Origin: Lytechinus pictus
Taxonomy: Eukaryota
Length of the DNA: 64,000 bases
Assembly (NCBI RefSeq): GCF_037042905.1
Contig: NC_087250.1
Coordinates: 12,588,001 to 12,652,000, forward strand
Reading direction: 5' to 3'
Position 1 is the stretch's first letter. Each line of letters begins with the position of its first letter. The translations under genes and the position numbers were made by a program. Below, in pieces: positions 41,620 to 55,626 of this stretch. Below the pieces are notes generated by a model, which had not been told where the DNA came from, ran no database searches, and saw only the letters and a program-made list of their open reading frames with translations.

Positions 41620-42132
41620 GGGGTGCCATTTCATAAAGCTGTCGTAAGTTAAGAATGACTGGTGATCCTTTCTTGTGGATATTCACCATTAAATGTTCAT
41701 TGGTGATTATCAAACACAGTATAAGAAGGGTTCACCAGTCGTTCTTAAAGTCGCTCTTAAATTACGAACAGCTATATGAAACACCCGCCGGAAGGGTGTT
41801 TCATAAAGCTATTCGTTAAGTTACGAGTGACTTTATTTACGACTGGTGATCCTTTGTTATGTGCTACATCCAAGGCAATGAAAATATGGTGCGCATAATT
41901 CCCCTCAAGTAAGGGTCACCAGTCATTCGTAAATTCGCTTGTAACTTACGAAAAGCTATATAAAACACCCACCAGTTGGGTGTTTCATATTATGCATGAC
42001 TTTATGCACGAATGTTACATGTCCTTAGGTCCTAAATCAATTATGTAGGGATATATCACTTAGCACAAGAAAGGATCACCAGTCGTGCGTAAAGTCACTC
42101 GTATCTTACAAACTGCTTTATTTAACACCCAC
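41620..42132. mobile_element. Three adjacent ~165-bp palindromic MITEs (GGGTGTTTCAT...ATGAAACACCC family)
   Basis: Repeated inverted ends and GACTGGTGATCC / GGATCACCAGTC arms. Confidence 0.7.
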
Positions 42133-43240
42133 CAGAATGATTTAGCCAGTGTACATAATCACTGGCATAAATCCAATTGGCTAACCTATTTTTCGGTGGG
42201 GGGGATGATCTATTGTTTCATCAACCCCCCCCCCCCACCTTGAATCTGATGTCACAGATCATGAATGAACTTCTTTGGGATTTTTTTTTCCATTCTTTTG
42301 AAATATGAAAGGCGCGCAGCTGAGCGAAGACGTCCAACGTTTAGAGCCGAAAGAGGTCCGTTTGGTAAGTAAATAGTTATAATCTTATATACCGATTTCT
42401 ATATCAAAATTATTGATTGTAATAATTTAAATATCAAATTATTGATTGTAATTTTAAATCGGCATTTGCGCAGCTGATATAAGTTATTTTCTCAACAATC
42501 ACGCAATTATTTTGGGGTTTAGAGCGCGATTTAAATCACCGAAATTGATCGCACAACTTTGCGTGCCCGATATTGAGAAACTGGGTCCAATATTTGGCAA
42601 AAAACAAGCTTCTGAAGTTCTGGTAGTAGTAGTACATTGTAAGTCCATTTACCATAATTTTTTCAATTCAAAATTTTTACATTAATATTCAACATTTGTA
42701 CTACGGAAACACACATGATTTTTGGGTTGTTGTTTTAACTTTTGGTCCAATTATGCTTAAGACAAGTCAAGTGTCCGATATTTGAAAGATTTTCTTTTAG
42801 GCCTACTTTCTTTTTGCAAGAAAATCATATATTTTGCTCAAAATAGTCAAATATTTTGATTTTTTTTTTTGCAAACTTACTCTTTGGAATATATGAAAGA
42901 ATATCGACCCGAAACTTTGTGTAAATTGAGAGAAATTCAGATTTGATCCTCAGTTCAAATATAGATGCGTAGTCGATATTTGAGTTTTTTTACCCTTTCA
43001 TACAATTTTCCAACCAGCATGACATAGAAATAAATACGTGGGACTTGAATGAAAAACTAACAAACAATCAAACGGTTTTAAAACTCATTCAACATAAATA
43101 TTCACAATAGATGATCGAAATCATACTATTCAAATTAGGGAGTTTGGTCATAATTACCAGTTACTGTAGATAAGATAACGATTCCGTGCTTAATCAAGGC
43201 AATACGGCGACAGATAATTTGATTCTTCTACTTCACGTAC

Positions 43241-43330
43241 CCGCAGATACAGAATATGAAAGGTCAACGCACTTTCTTCTGTGACAGTGCCAAGATCACG
43301 CGTGACATACTGTATCTCTGTATCTGTATT
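43241..43330 (-). promoter_or_regulatory. Probable non-coding first exon/promoter of MINDY
   Basis: Donor-like GCGG|GTacgt at 43241, local CpG enrichment, palindromic TCACGCGTGA at ~43297. Confidence 0.4.
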
Positions 43331-43374
43331 CCGGTACATCAAAGAAGAGAAAAAGGGACAGCAAAATAACTTAA

Positions 43375-43979
43375 AGGACAAGTCCACCCCAACAAAAACT
43401 TGATTTGAATAAAAAGAGAAAAATTCAACGAGCATAACACTGAAAATTTCATCAAAATCGGATGTAAAATAAGAAAGTTATGACATTTTAAAGTTTCGCT
43501 TCATTTCACAAAACAGTTATATGCGCATCCCGGTCGGTATGCAAATGAGGGAACCAATGACATCACTCACTCACTATTTCTTTTGTATTTTATTATATGA
43601 AATATGAAATATTTTGATTTTCTCGTCATTGTCATATGAAATGAAGTTTCATTCCTCCCTGAACACGTAGAATTCCATTATTTTAACATTTTGTGGTTCA
43701 GGCAATGAGGTCCTAATCGTCAAATTCGTAAAAATTGAAATATTGTTTAATTCAAACAATAAAAAACAAAAGAAATAGTGAGTGAGTGACATCATCGACT
43801 CTCTAATTTGGACGTAACTGGCTCGTTCATGTAACTATTTTGTTAAAAATAAGCGAAACTTTGAAATATGTCATAACTTTCTTATTTTACATCCGATTTT
43901 GATGAAATTTTTAGCATTGTGCTTGTCTGATTTTTCTCTATTGATTCAAATCAACATTTTTCTGAGGTGGACTTGACCT
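43375..43979. mobile_element. Intact TTAA-TSD MITE (Kolobok-like termini AGG...CCT)
   Basis: TTAA|AGGACAAGTCCACC...GGTGGACTTGACCT|TTAA; related fragments at ~47100 and ~58100-58500. Confidence 0.85.
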
Positions 43980-46085
43980 TTAAGGAGGGGGGGGGGGGGG
44001 GTTCAGACAAAATATTCTCCTATGTAGGAGAGAAAACGTGAGGTCACTTTTTAGGGGAGGGGGTTGGTTTGGTGTTCTTTTCGACGATAACAAGATAATC
44101 AATGCGGACAGCTCTTAAGAAGTTGGTGGCTCAATTATTATTTTTTTCTTTCTTAAGTTCTTTTTTTTTATCGGGTTGTTCGAAGTCAAGCAAAACTAAT
44201 CAATACCCTCTCACCCGCGACTCATCCTCTCGGTTTTCTAGATGACAATATATCAATGGGAATCAGGCATTGTAATTATTCTTTACAAAAATTAAGTTTG
44301 ATATAGGCCCCGTGTTCTTTGTTGCATCTATTTGCTTGAATTTTGTTACTATATTTCGTTGTTTTGTTAAATGCCATAACTTTTTTTTCATACTTAAAAA
44401 TGTTTCAATTTATTCATAATTTTTAGAGTTTTTCAGCACTGGCTAATAAGCCTCAAACTTCCTCCCTGCCTGCTCTTTCTAATTAAGTCAATTTCCAACA
44501 AAAAAAAATCCATCAATTAAATTCAATTTATCCGAGTCAACGGCCGGTGCACATACATAGTACCATTATTTGTATTGATAAACTAAGAAAAGGGAAAGTA
44601 TTTTGTGTAACATTTACGTTACAGCGTTGATAAAACGTTTAGTGAAATGGACACATTAAACCACAGAATGAAACATGTAAAAAATACTTTTAATACTATA
44701 AATATCCGAACATTAAGTGAAAACCATTTCTGAGAACTTTCTGAATAAAAAAATAGTAAGGTCTATCTGCATAAAACATAGCTGGGAAAGGGCATTTTCA
44801 TTCCCTTGTCAATCTTAATTACCTTTGATAAAAAAAAAAGTGGAGACCCTTTATACCATTGCAGAGATGCCCAAATATATTTATTAGAGGGGGCGGTAGC
44901 ATGAGACAAAATTTGTATGGCATGAGGCAAATTTCCCCCAAAGCTGCAAGCGAGTGAACAAAAACAAAATACATCTTTAATACAAAAATCTTGTTATGAT
45001 AAAGTTGAAATATTCAGAATACACCATATGTCACCCCTTTTCCTTTCCTTTTTCTTACTTCTCCCTTTCTTGGTCATGATTTTTTTTTTTAGGGTCCAAG
45101 GCAAGCCCCCCCCCCCCCCCCCCCCTGTATGCCAGTGAAGGGAGGAGGCAAGATGACCCGAGGTGACGTCATTTTATATTCTCAATTAAATAGTAGGACC
45201 TCTTGTATATTTCATTCTCCTATCATTCATTTCTCCCTCTTTTCTTCTCCTTTCTGCAACGTGGAAAATCAAAGGGCGCCCTCCTTTCATGTGTCGCCAA
45301 TATTGCTACCAATGTTTTATGTCTTCTGAAGTCATAATTCCAAAATTTCAAAAAGTCACATGAAAGAAACACATAAAAATAAAAATTGAATTCATATAAT
45401 TTATTAAATTCTACATACATTTTTAAAGAGAAAATTCACTTCTGTTATTTTATACAAGTTATATACAAGTATTTTTTTTGTATTTACAGTTTTCATGGTA
45501 ATTTAAGTATGAAAAATGCAACAAAATATAAATGGCAGTTTCATACTAAGACCACTGGAAATAGACCTCCATAATATTGAGATAAGATGATGACAATTTC
45601 TGTACAATATTCAAAATTCAATATCTTAATTTACATACCATTTTACATGTACATACAATTTAAAAAACAAATTTGTACAAATGTATTTCAAATGCTTCTT
45701 TCAGTTCCCACAGTTTAATTAGGAAAATGTTTAAGATAATACACATGGACATGTAGTATTATTGACTTCAAACGTATTCATGGTTGATTGGGAACGATTT
45801 TTTAAGAGGGGTGCTGAGCTGAACAAAGAATGACCATCCCCCCCCCCCCCCCCCCCGAAGAAAAATGTAAAAACAAAAATGTTTCTTCCAATGGAATCTC
45901 AATCATGATTTTTTAAATATCGTCATTTGTAAAAGTTTAAGACCATCTGAAAATTTGTGTGTATTGCATATGTTTAAACTTTTGCAAATGATGGTAAATG
46001 TACACACACAAGGGGTCTCCAATCCTAGTTTTAACATGCTTGTGTATACTCCAAGTTTCCTTATAACTACATGTATAGACTTTCA

Positions 46086-46397
46086 GGCCTGTATTCTGAA
46101 GTCAGGTTTAACTTAGACCATGGTCTAACTCTGTGCTAATATTATGGGAAGCCAAAAGTGTCAAATTTTGTATTAAGTTGTAGGTTTCTTATGTTTACTG
46201 TGCTCTTTCCTGATTCATCCAAGGTGAAGAAAATCATCTTTTTATACTTTCTAGACAATTATGAATGATTTGAGAGCCAAATGAGCTGAAATATGTTATC
46301 TCTACCGTTAGTGATATATGTAACAATCGGCTATCCATACTTAAACTACAACTTCAAAACCTGAGTTTAAGTTAAACCCGACTTCAGAGTACGGGCC
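46086..46397. mobile_element. MITE (GGCCCGTATTCTGAAGTC family), copy 1
   Basis: Inverted ends; similar to copies at 49519 and 50298. Confidence 0.8.
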
Positions 46398-48429
46398 ATA
46401 CAATTTACAACTGGGGAGTTTTTCATGAAACAAATAGCACTTTTCACTGACAAATTTGTTCTGATCCAGTCAGATGCAGGGACTTTGATAGCTTATAACA
46501 AGTCAGACAGTGATTTTTACTTGTGAAATGCTCCCCTGTACTGCATGATATTGTGCGTTGCTGAATGGCTTAGTCTCGCGTTACAAAAATAAAATCAAGG
46601 TACTGTAAGTGATAATTTAAAAACTGCCTAAACGCTAGTCGCTACCCCAAAGTCCCTGCGTATTGAAATTGAGCATGATGAAAATATTTAAAATAACAAA
46701 TTACAAATCTACACAAAGATTAGAGCTAATCTGAATACAGATAAAATAAATTTTTACTCTTGAGAATCTGTAACTTAGGGAACAGTCTTCCTGAGCATGT
46801 ATCGGAGTCTACGGATCTTTTACAAATTGAACAGGATTGATTTGTGGTGGCGTAATGCAAATTTGATTTACATGTTAGGTCCCTGCCCTAGACCATGCCA
46901 ATTCTTCAGACGTCACTGTATATCACCAGGAGCAGGACATAGAGGATCAGAACATCATGCGTCCAGGACTGAACCTTATTTTGTTAATAGCACAACAGAA
47001 ATGGAACTTAAATACGGCCAACATCACATTTACAGAATGATGCACTGAAGCACAAAAAACACTCTTACCCTAAAACAAATGAGACATAAAATTGTTTAAA
47101 GGTCAAGCCCACCCCAGAAAAATGTTGATTCGAATAAATAGAGAAAAATCTAACTAGCATAACACTGAAAAATCCAATTTTTTGGGGGAAAATAAACAAA
47201 AGTTGTTTTTTTTTATAGAAGAGGGTATTGTATCTGATGATATATCTTCCGCAGATAAAATTGCTCTTAATACATTAAGAAAATGGCCTTATGGACGAAC
47301 TGCTTGGATGTGATGTCACAAAATCAAAACTTTAAAAATGAATGACTGTAAAGTAGGATTTTCATAAACATTCATCCATATCGTTCTCTATTTCTTCTGC
47401 TTTTAATAAATACATGTACAGTGTACCTAGTATCGTCAGAGCGAATTTCCACTTTAAGACCTTTATACATAATTTTCTGATAAAATGTGAGATATCAGGC
47501 ATGATTGTGAAGCGATAGGAAGAAAATCACAAATATTCTCCATGAATTGTCACTTTTTTGTCAAAACGATGTAGTGAAATATTGCATGGTTAACTGTACT
47601 CTCCGAATCAATTTATCAATATTAAAGCTCTCTACATATACTTTATTGAAGAAAAAAAACCACCATAAATATTTCACAAATTTTTTTAAATACTTCAAAA
47701 CAATGTCCAATGAATTTTCATTATTTCTATAAAATGTTGAAGTAAAAGATAAATACAAATTATTTCTTTACGGGATATTTGAAAACATACAATATACAAA
47801 AAGAGTTTGAGCATTAACAGCACTAGAGCAGCACCATGAAAGACTTCCATTCTACATGTGTATACTAAAAAAAAAAAATAGGGGGGAAAAAAAATGCTAT
47901 GTTTTTGTAAATTTAACCTCTAGTACCATCCTCAAGAGAGAAAGAAAAAAAGATGTTAATTAAAATGAATGTGTGAATAGAAAGGTAAAACCGTTTGCTA
48001 TCAGTATCTAATAAATGACTCTAATAATAATGACACGTTTCTTGAATAGTGTATTAAATATCGCATAAAACATCATTTCATATTACAAGTATTGTTACTT
48101 CTGATCCTATTTCATGACTTGGCCATTTCTCCACCCTTGGTAACATTGTTTGAAAAAAAAGTTTGCTAATATGCTTTTCACACTGCAATTTCTTAACACC
48201 ATATTATCCTTAAAGTTAAACCAGGACTATCTTTAAACCCATACTTTCTTTTTTTGGTTTCACACCGCCTTTCTTATCCCCATACTTAACCTTAACCCTG
48301 GACTATCGCACAGCTCATGGATAATGAAGATTTTGCTACACAGAGCGGGATTAACTTGCAATTTCAACTTCTGTGATTGGCTAATGCTTAGCCCGGTTTC
48401 GTTTCACACTGCATCTCTTCGCACCGCAA

Positions 48430-49040
48430 TTGTGGTGCATTCCACGAGGAGAGCAGCTGTTCTGCAGAATAACAGTCTTTGTTACCAAGCACCAATGGTA
48501 ATTTCTCCACCAGTTCGCAACACCGTTTCTTGTAAGATTGTTGACGCAAAGGTTCCTACGTGTTCATCCAACAAGGAAAGGAGCTGTTCTGCAGAATATC
48601 GGCCTGTGACTGAACATCAATGGTCCTACAGTATGTCCACCTTTTGGTAACATTGTTTCTTGAAAAGATGAAACCGTTGAAGGTTCCTACACGTTCATCC
48701 CACAAGAAGAGCAGCTGTTCTGCGGAATATCGGGTTGTGACCAAGCCTTCATGATAATCTGTCCACTTCTTGGCAGCATTGTTTCTTGACAAGATGAAAC
48801 TGTTGAAGGTTCCTACACGTTCATCCCACAAGGAGAGCAGCTGTTCCGCAAACGGTTTGCGACCAAGTGTCGATGGTCATCTGTCCACCTCTTGGCAAAA
48901 GTGTTTTTTGAAGAGATGATACTGTTGAAGATCCTCCTACATACATGTACAACCAAGTTGAAGGATCCTCAGCATCTGTGAGATGTTCTGCAGACCATTT
49001 TGTGACCAACCATTAATGGCCACTTGTCCACCTCACAGAT
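48430..49040. repeat. Degenerate ~130-bp tandem repeat just 3' of the PHF stop codon
   Basis: GAGCAGCTGTTC and GAAGGTTCCTACACGTTCATCC recur at ~130-bp spacing (~5 units). Confidence 0.8.
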
Positions 49041-49112
49041 ACACTATCTCCACAAAAACTTACAAAGTTTATAACTGCCAATGTTCAGGATAAAGTTGGA
49101 GCTTTTGCCCTG

Positions 49113-49363
49113 CTAGCTTTCACCGGGACCGTAGAGCTCTGAGAACTGTTTCTTCGGCTCCCGCTGCCGGTTCGACTTGCGGATGCTGCTTCGAGTGTCT
49201 CTACACTGAGTGCAAATGAAGATATCTGGCACGTTCGTTTTACGGATCTTGGCACAGGAAAGGTGGACCCACGTCATGCACTCGTTGCATTCGATCATCG
49301 GACGACCAGCGAAGGGTTTGTTGCAGAAACATGTGATAAGGTTCCAGTCCTCGTCTCTCTCAC
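49113..49363 (-). CDS. PHF13/PHF23: PHF13/PHF23-like, last exon (PHD finger)
   Basis: ttgtttc[51 protein letters not shown] is the family-specific C4HC3 PHD. Confidence 0.93.
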
Positions 49364-49518
49364 CTGAAACAAAACAAAATGCATAACACAATCTTATAGA
49401 ATCAAATAGTAATTATACTTGCTAATAAAAAACACAGCACTCATCACATGTACTTCATCAGAAGTCTCTCAGGGCTCTACAGTGATGTAGTATGACTACC
49501 TTGGCTGTTAAGGACACT

Positions 49519-49819
49519 GGCCCGTATTCTGAAGTCATGTTTAACTTAGACCATGGTCTAACTCTGTGCTAAAATTATGGTGAGCCAAAAGTGTTCACAT
49601 TTTTATTAAGTTGTATGTTTCTTATGTTTACTGTGCTCTTTCCTGATTAATCGATGGTGAAGACAATTATCTAGTTATACTTCCTACACAATTATGAATG
49701 ATTTGAGAGCCCAATGAGCTGAAATATGATATCTCTACTGTGATTTATGTAACAATTGGCTATCCATACCACAACATTAAACCCGAGTTTAAGTTAAACC
49801 CGACTTTAGAATACGGGCC
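49519..49819. mobile_element. MITE (GGCCCGTATTCTGAAGTC family), copy 2
   Basis: GGCCCGTATTCT...AGAATACGGGCC. Confidence 0.8.
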
Positions 49820-50153
49820 ACTGTGTTTCAATTCCTACCACCTGTTCACATCACCTGGATTGAGTGCAGCACAATGTCCATCAATTTCTTGGGGGAGGGG
49901 GGTTATACCATGGCTGGGATTCAAACCCACGGCCTGTTTCAAAGCCTACCTTTTGTTGCTCGTTTCGAATAATTTTGTTTACGATCTAAGAACTCCAGAA
50001 AACTGAAATTCACATCCAAGAAATGATTGTCAAACAAATAGAGGCTTAACGTTTGGAGCCAAGCACAGATGTACAGATATAGTAGATCACATTGTTTAGG
50101 TCACATGATTTGACTATCTGAGAAGTGGACCGACTGCTTGTACACCAAATGAT

Positions 50154-50814
50154 ATAGAGTACCGAAGTGTGAAGTCATTTGTCATCAATTTTCCGTTTTT
50201 GCATACTTTTTAGCGTTTTTTATGTATATTTTGGTAGAGCATGATGAAAACCCACCACAACCCGAATTTGCCCATAATTACCCCCACTGAAGTCAATGGC
50301 CCGTATTCTGAAGTCGGGTTTAATTTAAACTCAGGTTTAAAGTTATGGTTTAAGTATGGGAAGCCACAAGTATCAACATTTTTAATTAAGTTGAACGTTT
50401 CTTATGTTTATTGTGCTCTTTCCTGATTCATCGATGGTGAAGACAATAATATTTTCATATTTCCTAGACAATTATGAATGATTTTAGAGCCAAATGAGCT
50501 GAAGTATGATATCTCTACTGTTTGTGATTTATGCAACAATTGGCTGTTCATACTTAAACCACAACTTTAAACCTGAGTTTAAGTTAAACCCGACTTCAGA
50601 ATACGGGCCCCAGTATTTAATATACCTGTGTACATTGACTTCAATGGGGCTAATAAACATGTATGTATTCACGAGGTCATATCTAAGGCCACCATGGACC
50701 GATTCCCACCAAATTCTGGTCGTGGGGGTTTTTCATCATGCTCTACCAAAATATACATCATAAATGCTGAAATGCAAACAAAGTTTTTTGTGATGTCATC
50801 ATTGCAGTACTCTA
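50154..50814. mobile_element. Palindromic MITE containing nested copy 3 (50298-50607) of the GGCCCGTATTCT family
   Basis: Outer arms ATAGAGTAC...TTTTGGTAGAGCATGATGAAAA / TTTTCATCATGCTCTACCAAAA...GTACTCTAT. Confidence 0.65.
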
Positions 50815-50940
50815 TTATAACCAGGTAAATAGCCCGTGTACATAGTGTTTCTTCATTGGTGTAAACGGAAAGTTATTTTTACATATCATGCCTACTCCTG
50901 GAAGAGTATTAAAAAGACAAATATCAAGTGATCAACTTAC

Positions 50941-51064
50941 GTATATTTGACATTTTTCCTTTCTTGGAATATCTTTCTCTCGGGCTGATATCTGAATCTG
51001 CTCCACTTCCAACGCTGTTTCCCTCGCTGTCTAAGGGACTAATACTTCTCTTCTTCACACGTTC
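50941..51064 (-). CDS. PHF13/PHF23: PHF13/PHF23-like, coding exon 4
   Basis: cttatcAG / GTaagt; 124 nt, phase 0->1; ERVKKRSISPLDSEGNSVGSGADSDISPRERYSKKGKMSNI. Confidence 0.8.
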
Positions 51065-52850
51065 CTGATAAGAAAAAAATATCATGTTTCATGTTAGTTC
51101 ATTAATTTGGATTAAATTGATTTCTTCAATTACAGCCTTTTCCAATTAAATGAAATAATTGATACTTTCGCATCACTTGCTAAAATTAATATTTCTAAAT
51201 AAATTTATATATTAAATATACATTAATTGGATCATTTTCTAAAATTTATAAGACAACTTTAATTAATCTATTCATCTACATACATATATATTCATTTATC
51301 GAAATGGATATATTTACAATACAATGAATCATAAATAAAATGAATAAATTATATATATGTAAATGAATACATAAATAAATATTTAAATTAATAAGCAAAA
51401 CAATAAATAAATAAACTAATTAATTAATAATCAAAGAATATATAAACAATAAATATTATCAATAAACAAACACGCATACATGTAGTTTTAAATTCATCTA
51501 TATACATATTAATTAATCGAAATGGATATATAACAATACAATGAATAATAAATAAAATAAATTATACATGAATACATAAATAAATAGATAAATTAATAAG
51601 TAAAACAATAAATATTAAATAAACAAATTAATAATCAAATGAATATAAACAATAAATATTATCAATAAAAAAACATGCATAGTTTTCAATGTACTATCTA
51701 TATTCAATATTTCACCCTCCACTATCATTTGATCCCACACCCCTGTAAAGAAAATGAACTGTTCCATCTTTCCTGTGATGTCATGCCCCCAATCCCAAAT
51801 ATGGAAAGCATGACCCAGTGCGTGGGAGAGCTCTTGGTAAACAGAGTGGTGAATAAACACAACTCTGTGATACCTAATGAGCAAATGGCATTATAATAGA
51901 CATACAGACAAGTTACCAGTCTTCTTTGCTATCTTCTCTCAATTTCAATATCATAATCAGGGAGGCCAGCGCACTGAAAAGACCAGTCATATGTAAATAA
52001 GGACCTATTGAAAATGAATATTCATGATTTCAAGGGAAGTGGATTAAATACATGTCAGTTTTCAAAGAACTTGCTATGGTTGAATGGTTGAGAAAAAAAT
52101 AAAACTCTTCAAAAGTGAAAATCTAACCATAAATCAATTCTTTAGATGGCCACTTTTTTTTTAATTATAGTTACATTGATCATCATCATTGTTGGTGACA
52201 AGGGATAACTTTAGCCCTGGCAGACACTGATTCTTAGGTGCTTTATGATCAAAATTTGCCAATCAATATGAAATATTTCATTCCATTATTCAATGTTCTA
52301 ATATATTCAAATTAGTAGATTGAAATCTTTTGCAGGCTAATCTGCAAAAATCTCTTCAACTTTGCCCCCCCCCCCCAAAAAAAAAAAAAAAAAAACCTCA
52401 GATGTGTTTGCATTACTTCATCTGAAAAAGGTAGACTTAGGGATTTTTCAACTAATGTAAGGTCGACTTTAATAAGCAGCCCCACTAGACTCAACTTTTA
52501 TGGGCAAAATTAAAGGTGAAAAAACATTGGCTCCTGCCACAATTGCTCCAGGCGTTATTTCATATAAAATGTACATGTAGGGTTGGGGTTGTATGAGGGA
52601 ACTTTATGTTAGGTGTAAGGTTAGATTTACATGTACGGAAGGGTACAGTATAAACTATAATCCAGGGTTTAAATTCTAGTCATTTGATTAGTGTGTGGAA
52701 TTTATAGTGGAGGTATTGTTGCCGGAGCACTTTCATGGAACCACTTTACCAGTTCCTGTTAATCTACCTTAGGATCAAACAAATCTACATGTATTAAACC
52801 TGAGCTTTGAAGAATCTACATGTAATGTATTACAACAGGATGATGCTTAC

Positions 52851-52964
52851 CGGTGTTTTAGGAACATAGGGTATGTCTCCGTTGTGTAGAGATGCTTCAT
52901 AGTCGAGAACCCATGTACAGAACGTACTGAAATCAGTCAGGACAGGCTGCTTGGCCACCAAATC
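52851..52964 (-). CDS. PHF13/PHF23: PHF13/PHF23-like, coding exon 3 (conserved N-terminal helix)
   Basis: ctattAG / GTaagc; 114 nt; LTDFSTFCTWVLDYE resembles the family motif EDFNKFCSFVLAY. Confidence 0.85.
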
Positions 52965-53041
52965 CTAATAGAATACGAGTATAGATTCAAATGTGAATAA
53001 GAATGTACATGAAATGAATGATATTAAGATATCAACCATCT

Positions 53042-53400
53042 GGGGCCCGTTGCAGAAAGAGTTGCAATCAATCGTGACTCTAAAAATCAATCGCAACTCT
53101 AAATATCATGCGCAACTTGATTTTCAACCAATCATCAGCGCACATTTGGGACTTGCGATTTATTTTTTTACTTGCATTTAAATGCAACTCTTTCTGCAAC
53201 GGCCCCCTGGGCCCCGTCTTACAAAGAGTTACGATTGATCCGATCAATCGCAACTATGGACAACCAGCATCGTCAACATCTTTTATGCATGTTTGTTCAA
53301 AACATTCTCTAGTGCTCTATGGTGTATGTTCATGCATGGATTACTACTTTAGACGAATTGAATTATTACCAGCAAAAACAGCATAGTACTTTAGAGGGAC
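53042..53400. mobile_element. Adjacent MITEs (GGGGCCCGTTGCAGAAAGAGTTG intact; GGGCCCCGTCTTACAAAGAG partial)
   Basis: Inverted ends 53042-53207; second element matches 62237-62517. Confidence 0.7.
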
Positions 53401-53593
53401 TGAAAAGTGAAAATGTGAGAACTATGCATTTTAAAAAACAATTCTTTAAATGACAGACCATACAGGTTTTATAATGAAACATAAAATAAACAAAGTAGGC
53501 TGGTTATCAACGAATGTTGTTTGATTCTAGTGGGGTAAAGGGTTGATAATGCTTATTTTGAGGTCTAAAAAATGTAAATGTTTACAAACTTAC

Positions 53594-53640
53594 CTCTTTC
53601 TCTGCTTTTGGCTTCTTCATCCCCCTCGAAGCAATGGGAG
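53594..53640 (-). CDS. PHF13/PHF23: PHF13/PHF23-like, coding exon 2
   Basis: ttgttacAG / GTaagt; 47 nt, phase 1->0; (A)PIASRGMKKPKAEKE. Confidence 0.7.
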
Positions 53641-54095
53641 CTGTAACAAAAAAATGAAAAAAAGTATTTGCATCAAGAACATGGACCATGCTTTAGTTTG
53701 CTGTAAACTATACTCCTTTCATACTTTTTAATGAGCTCCTTCGCCTTAAATTTCAGTGGGGAAAGCCAGCGAAACTCGCAGTATGAAAGGCATGATGGAT
53801 GAAAAAAGTTAACCTTGCAGAGCTAGGATGATAAGAGTTTCTGTTCATGAGAACAGATCGTGCTGAACATGCCTCAGCCTACTGCAAGCATCCAGTCTTT
53901 ATACGAGGCCATAGCAGGGGCTGCAGGGCTAAACAAAATTTGACGCTGTTTGCATATTGAAGTGGGATTTAACAAGGTATTACCCCTCCCCCCCCCCCCC
54001 CCCCCCGGTAGTCAGTATACCGGTATTGAAGCAATTAATTTAGTGATACCGGTATTGAAAATATGATATCAATACCGAAAAAGCTTCTAACTATA

Positions 54096-54420
54096 GAGAA
54101 AACCTCGCACTGCTCACAAGGTGGAGGACAAAGTGGTGAAGTTGCAGGGGAGGGGAAGCAATCTACCAGAGCTCTGGTAAACTTTAATAAACTTTCAGGG
54201 AGAATTTACTGAGGAAGGAAGATCTCACTCAATCATATATAACGCATGAACCCTGCAGAACTTGGACGAGAAAACCTTGCATTGCTCGCAAGGTGGAGAA
54301 AAAGTGGTGAAGTGGTGAGGGGAAGCGATCTACCAGCTACTGCAGAGCTGGTAGCTTGATTAACCTTTCAGGTAGAATTTACTGAGGAAGGAAGATCTTA
54401 CTCAATGTCTATAACACACA
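54096..54420. repeat. Two tandem ~170-bp units
   Basis: GAGAAAACCT...CAAGGTGGAG...GAATTTACTGAGGAAGGAAGATC occurs twice. Confidence 0.8.
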
Positions 54421-55626
54421 AACCGAATGTAAGAAATCAATGAACAAATCATGGAAATGTTGAAAATCTACAGTTCTTGAAGGATAGTTTTTTTTCTTCT
54501 CTCTTCTAAGTTCTAACTCGAACTGTATGGCAGTGAGTCCAAACTTCGCGTGTGTCCATACTTCGCGGACGGTCATTATCTAAAAAACTAGACAATATTC
54601 TTAAAATATGACATCAATCATCAACGTGAAAAGCGACTTAAAATTACCTTTTGGCGTAATTTTTTTTAGGATGAGTTCAGTATTCATGAAAATATTGACA
54701 AAAGATCGGCAAATTTGTCACCGTTATCGCCCGTTCAGAAGAAATCTGATATTCTCAACAAGCATCACGATATCATCAGTTTGCAAGCAGATATCATCAA
54801 AAATGTGAGTTAAATGTGGTACTGACTGATTCTATAGCATTTTGTCGTCAATTTGATATAAATATCTCATCTTTTGAGCTTGAGTTTTTGTTTAAATCTC
54901 CTCAAAAACTTTGGTCCGCTAAGTTAGGTCACACTTTTTCAGAACGGTTTTCCAGCACAGTGCGCATTCGTCGATGGGATTGGAATTTTGAGATCGCGAT
55001 ACCGACGAAACCCCTTGACCTACTTCACATTTTCGTCAATGATTTTATAATTTACGATCTTGCCGTCAATGTGGTAACTATTTTTTAAATTCATTTTGTA
55101 TAAATTGTTAATATATTGTAAACAAAATTAAGCCTGAAGAATATTTTTGAAAAGTCCGCGAAGTTTGGACACCCCATCATTACAGGGACTCAATGACAAT
55201 GGCCATATGTTTTTGTATTAAGTTCGGATCCACTCTAGTTACCAGGAAAGTGGGACTCTGGAGTTGCGCGACAGCTGAAGTTAGTCACTGTTTTCCCCCT
55301 TTTAACTGTTTTTCCTGTTTTGGTTCGTATCAGGCCAAAACGGAATAATAATCTTTATTTTGGTCCAGTTCTTTAGATATATTTATATGAAATATAGACA
55401 AAAATCGATGAGCCGCGTCGGGGGGAATTTGCATTGTTAACCCCTAAAATGGTGGATGCTCGATCGCGAACCGACTGTGTACGAGAAACTTTTTAAAAAT
55501 TGTTTAAACTCCTCGAAACAGACGGCTGCCATGGCTGCCAGCTGTATACTACAGTGTATTATAATATATGATCAGATATACAGCTGAAAAAAGCGAGAAA
55601 ACACTGTAATCAAATGGTCTCCCACT

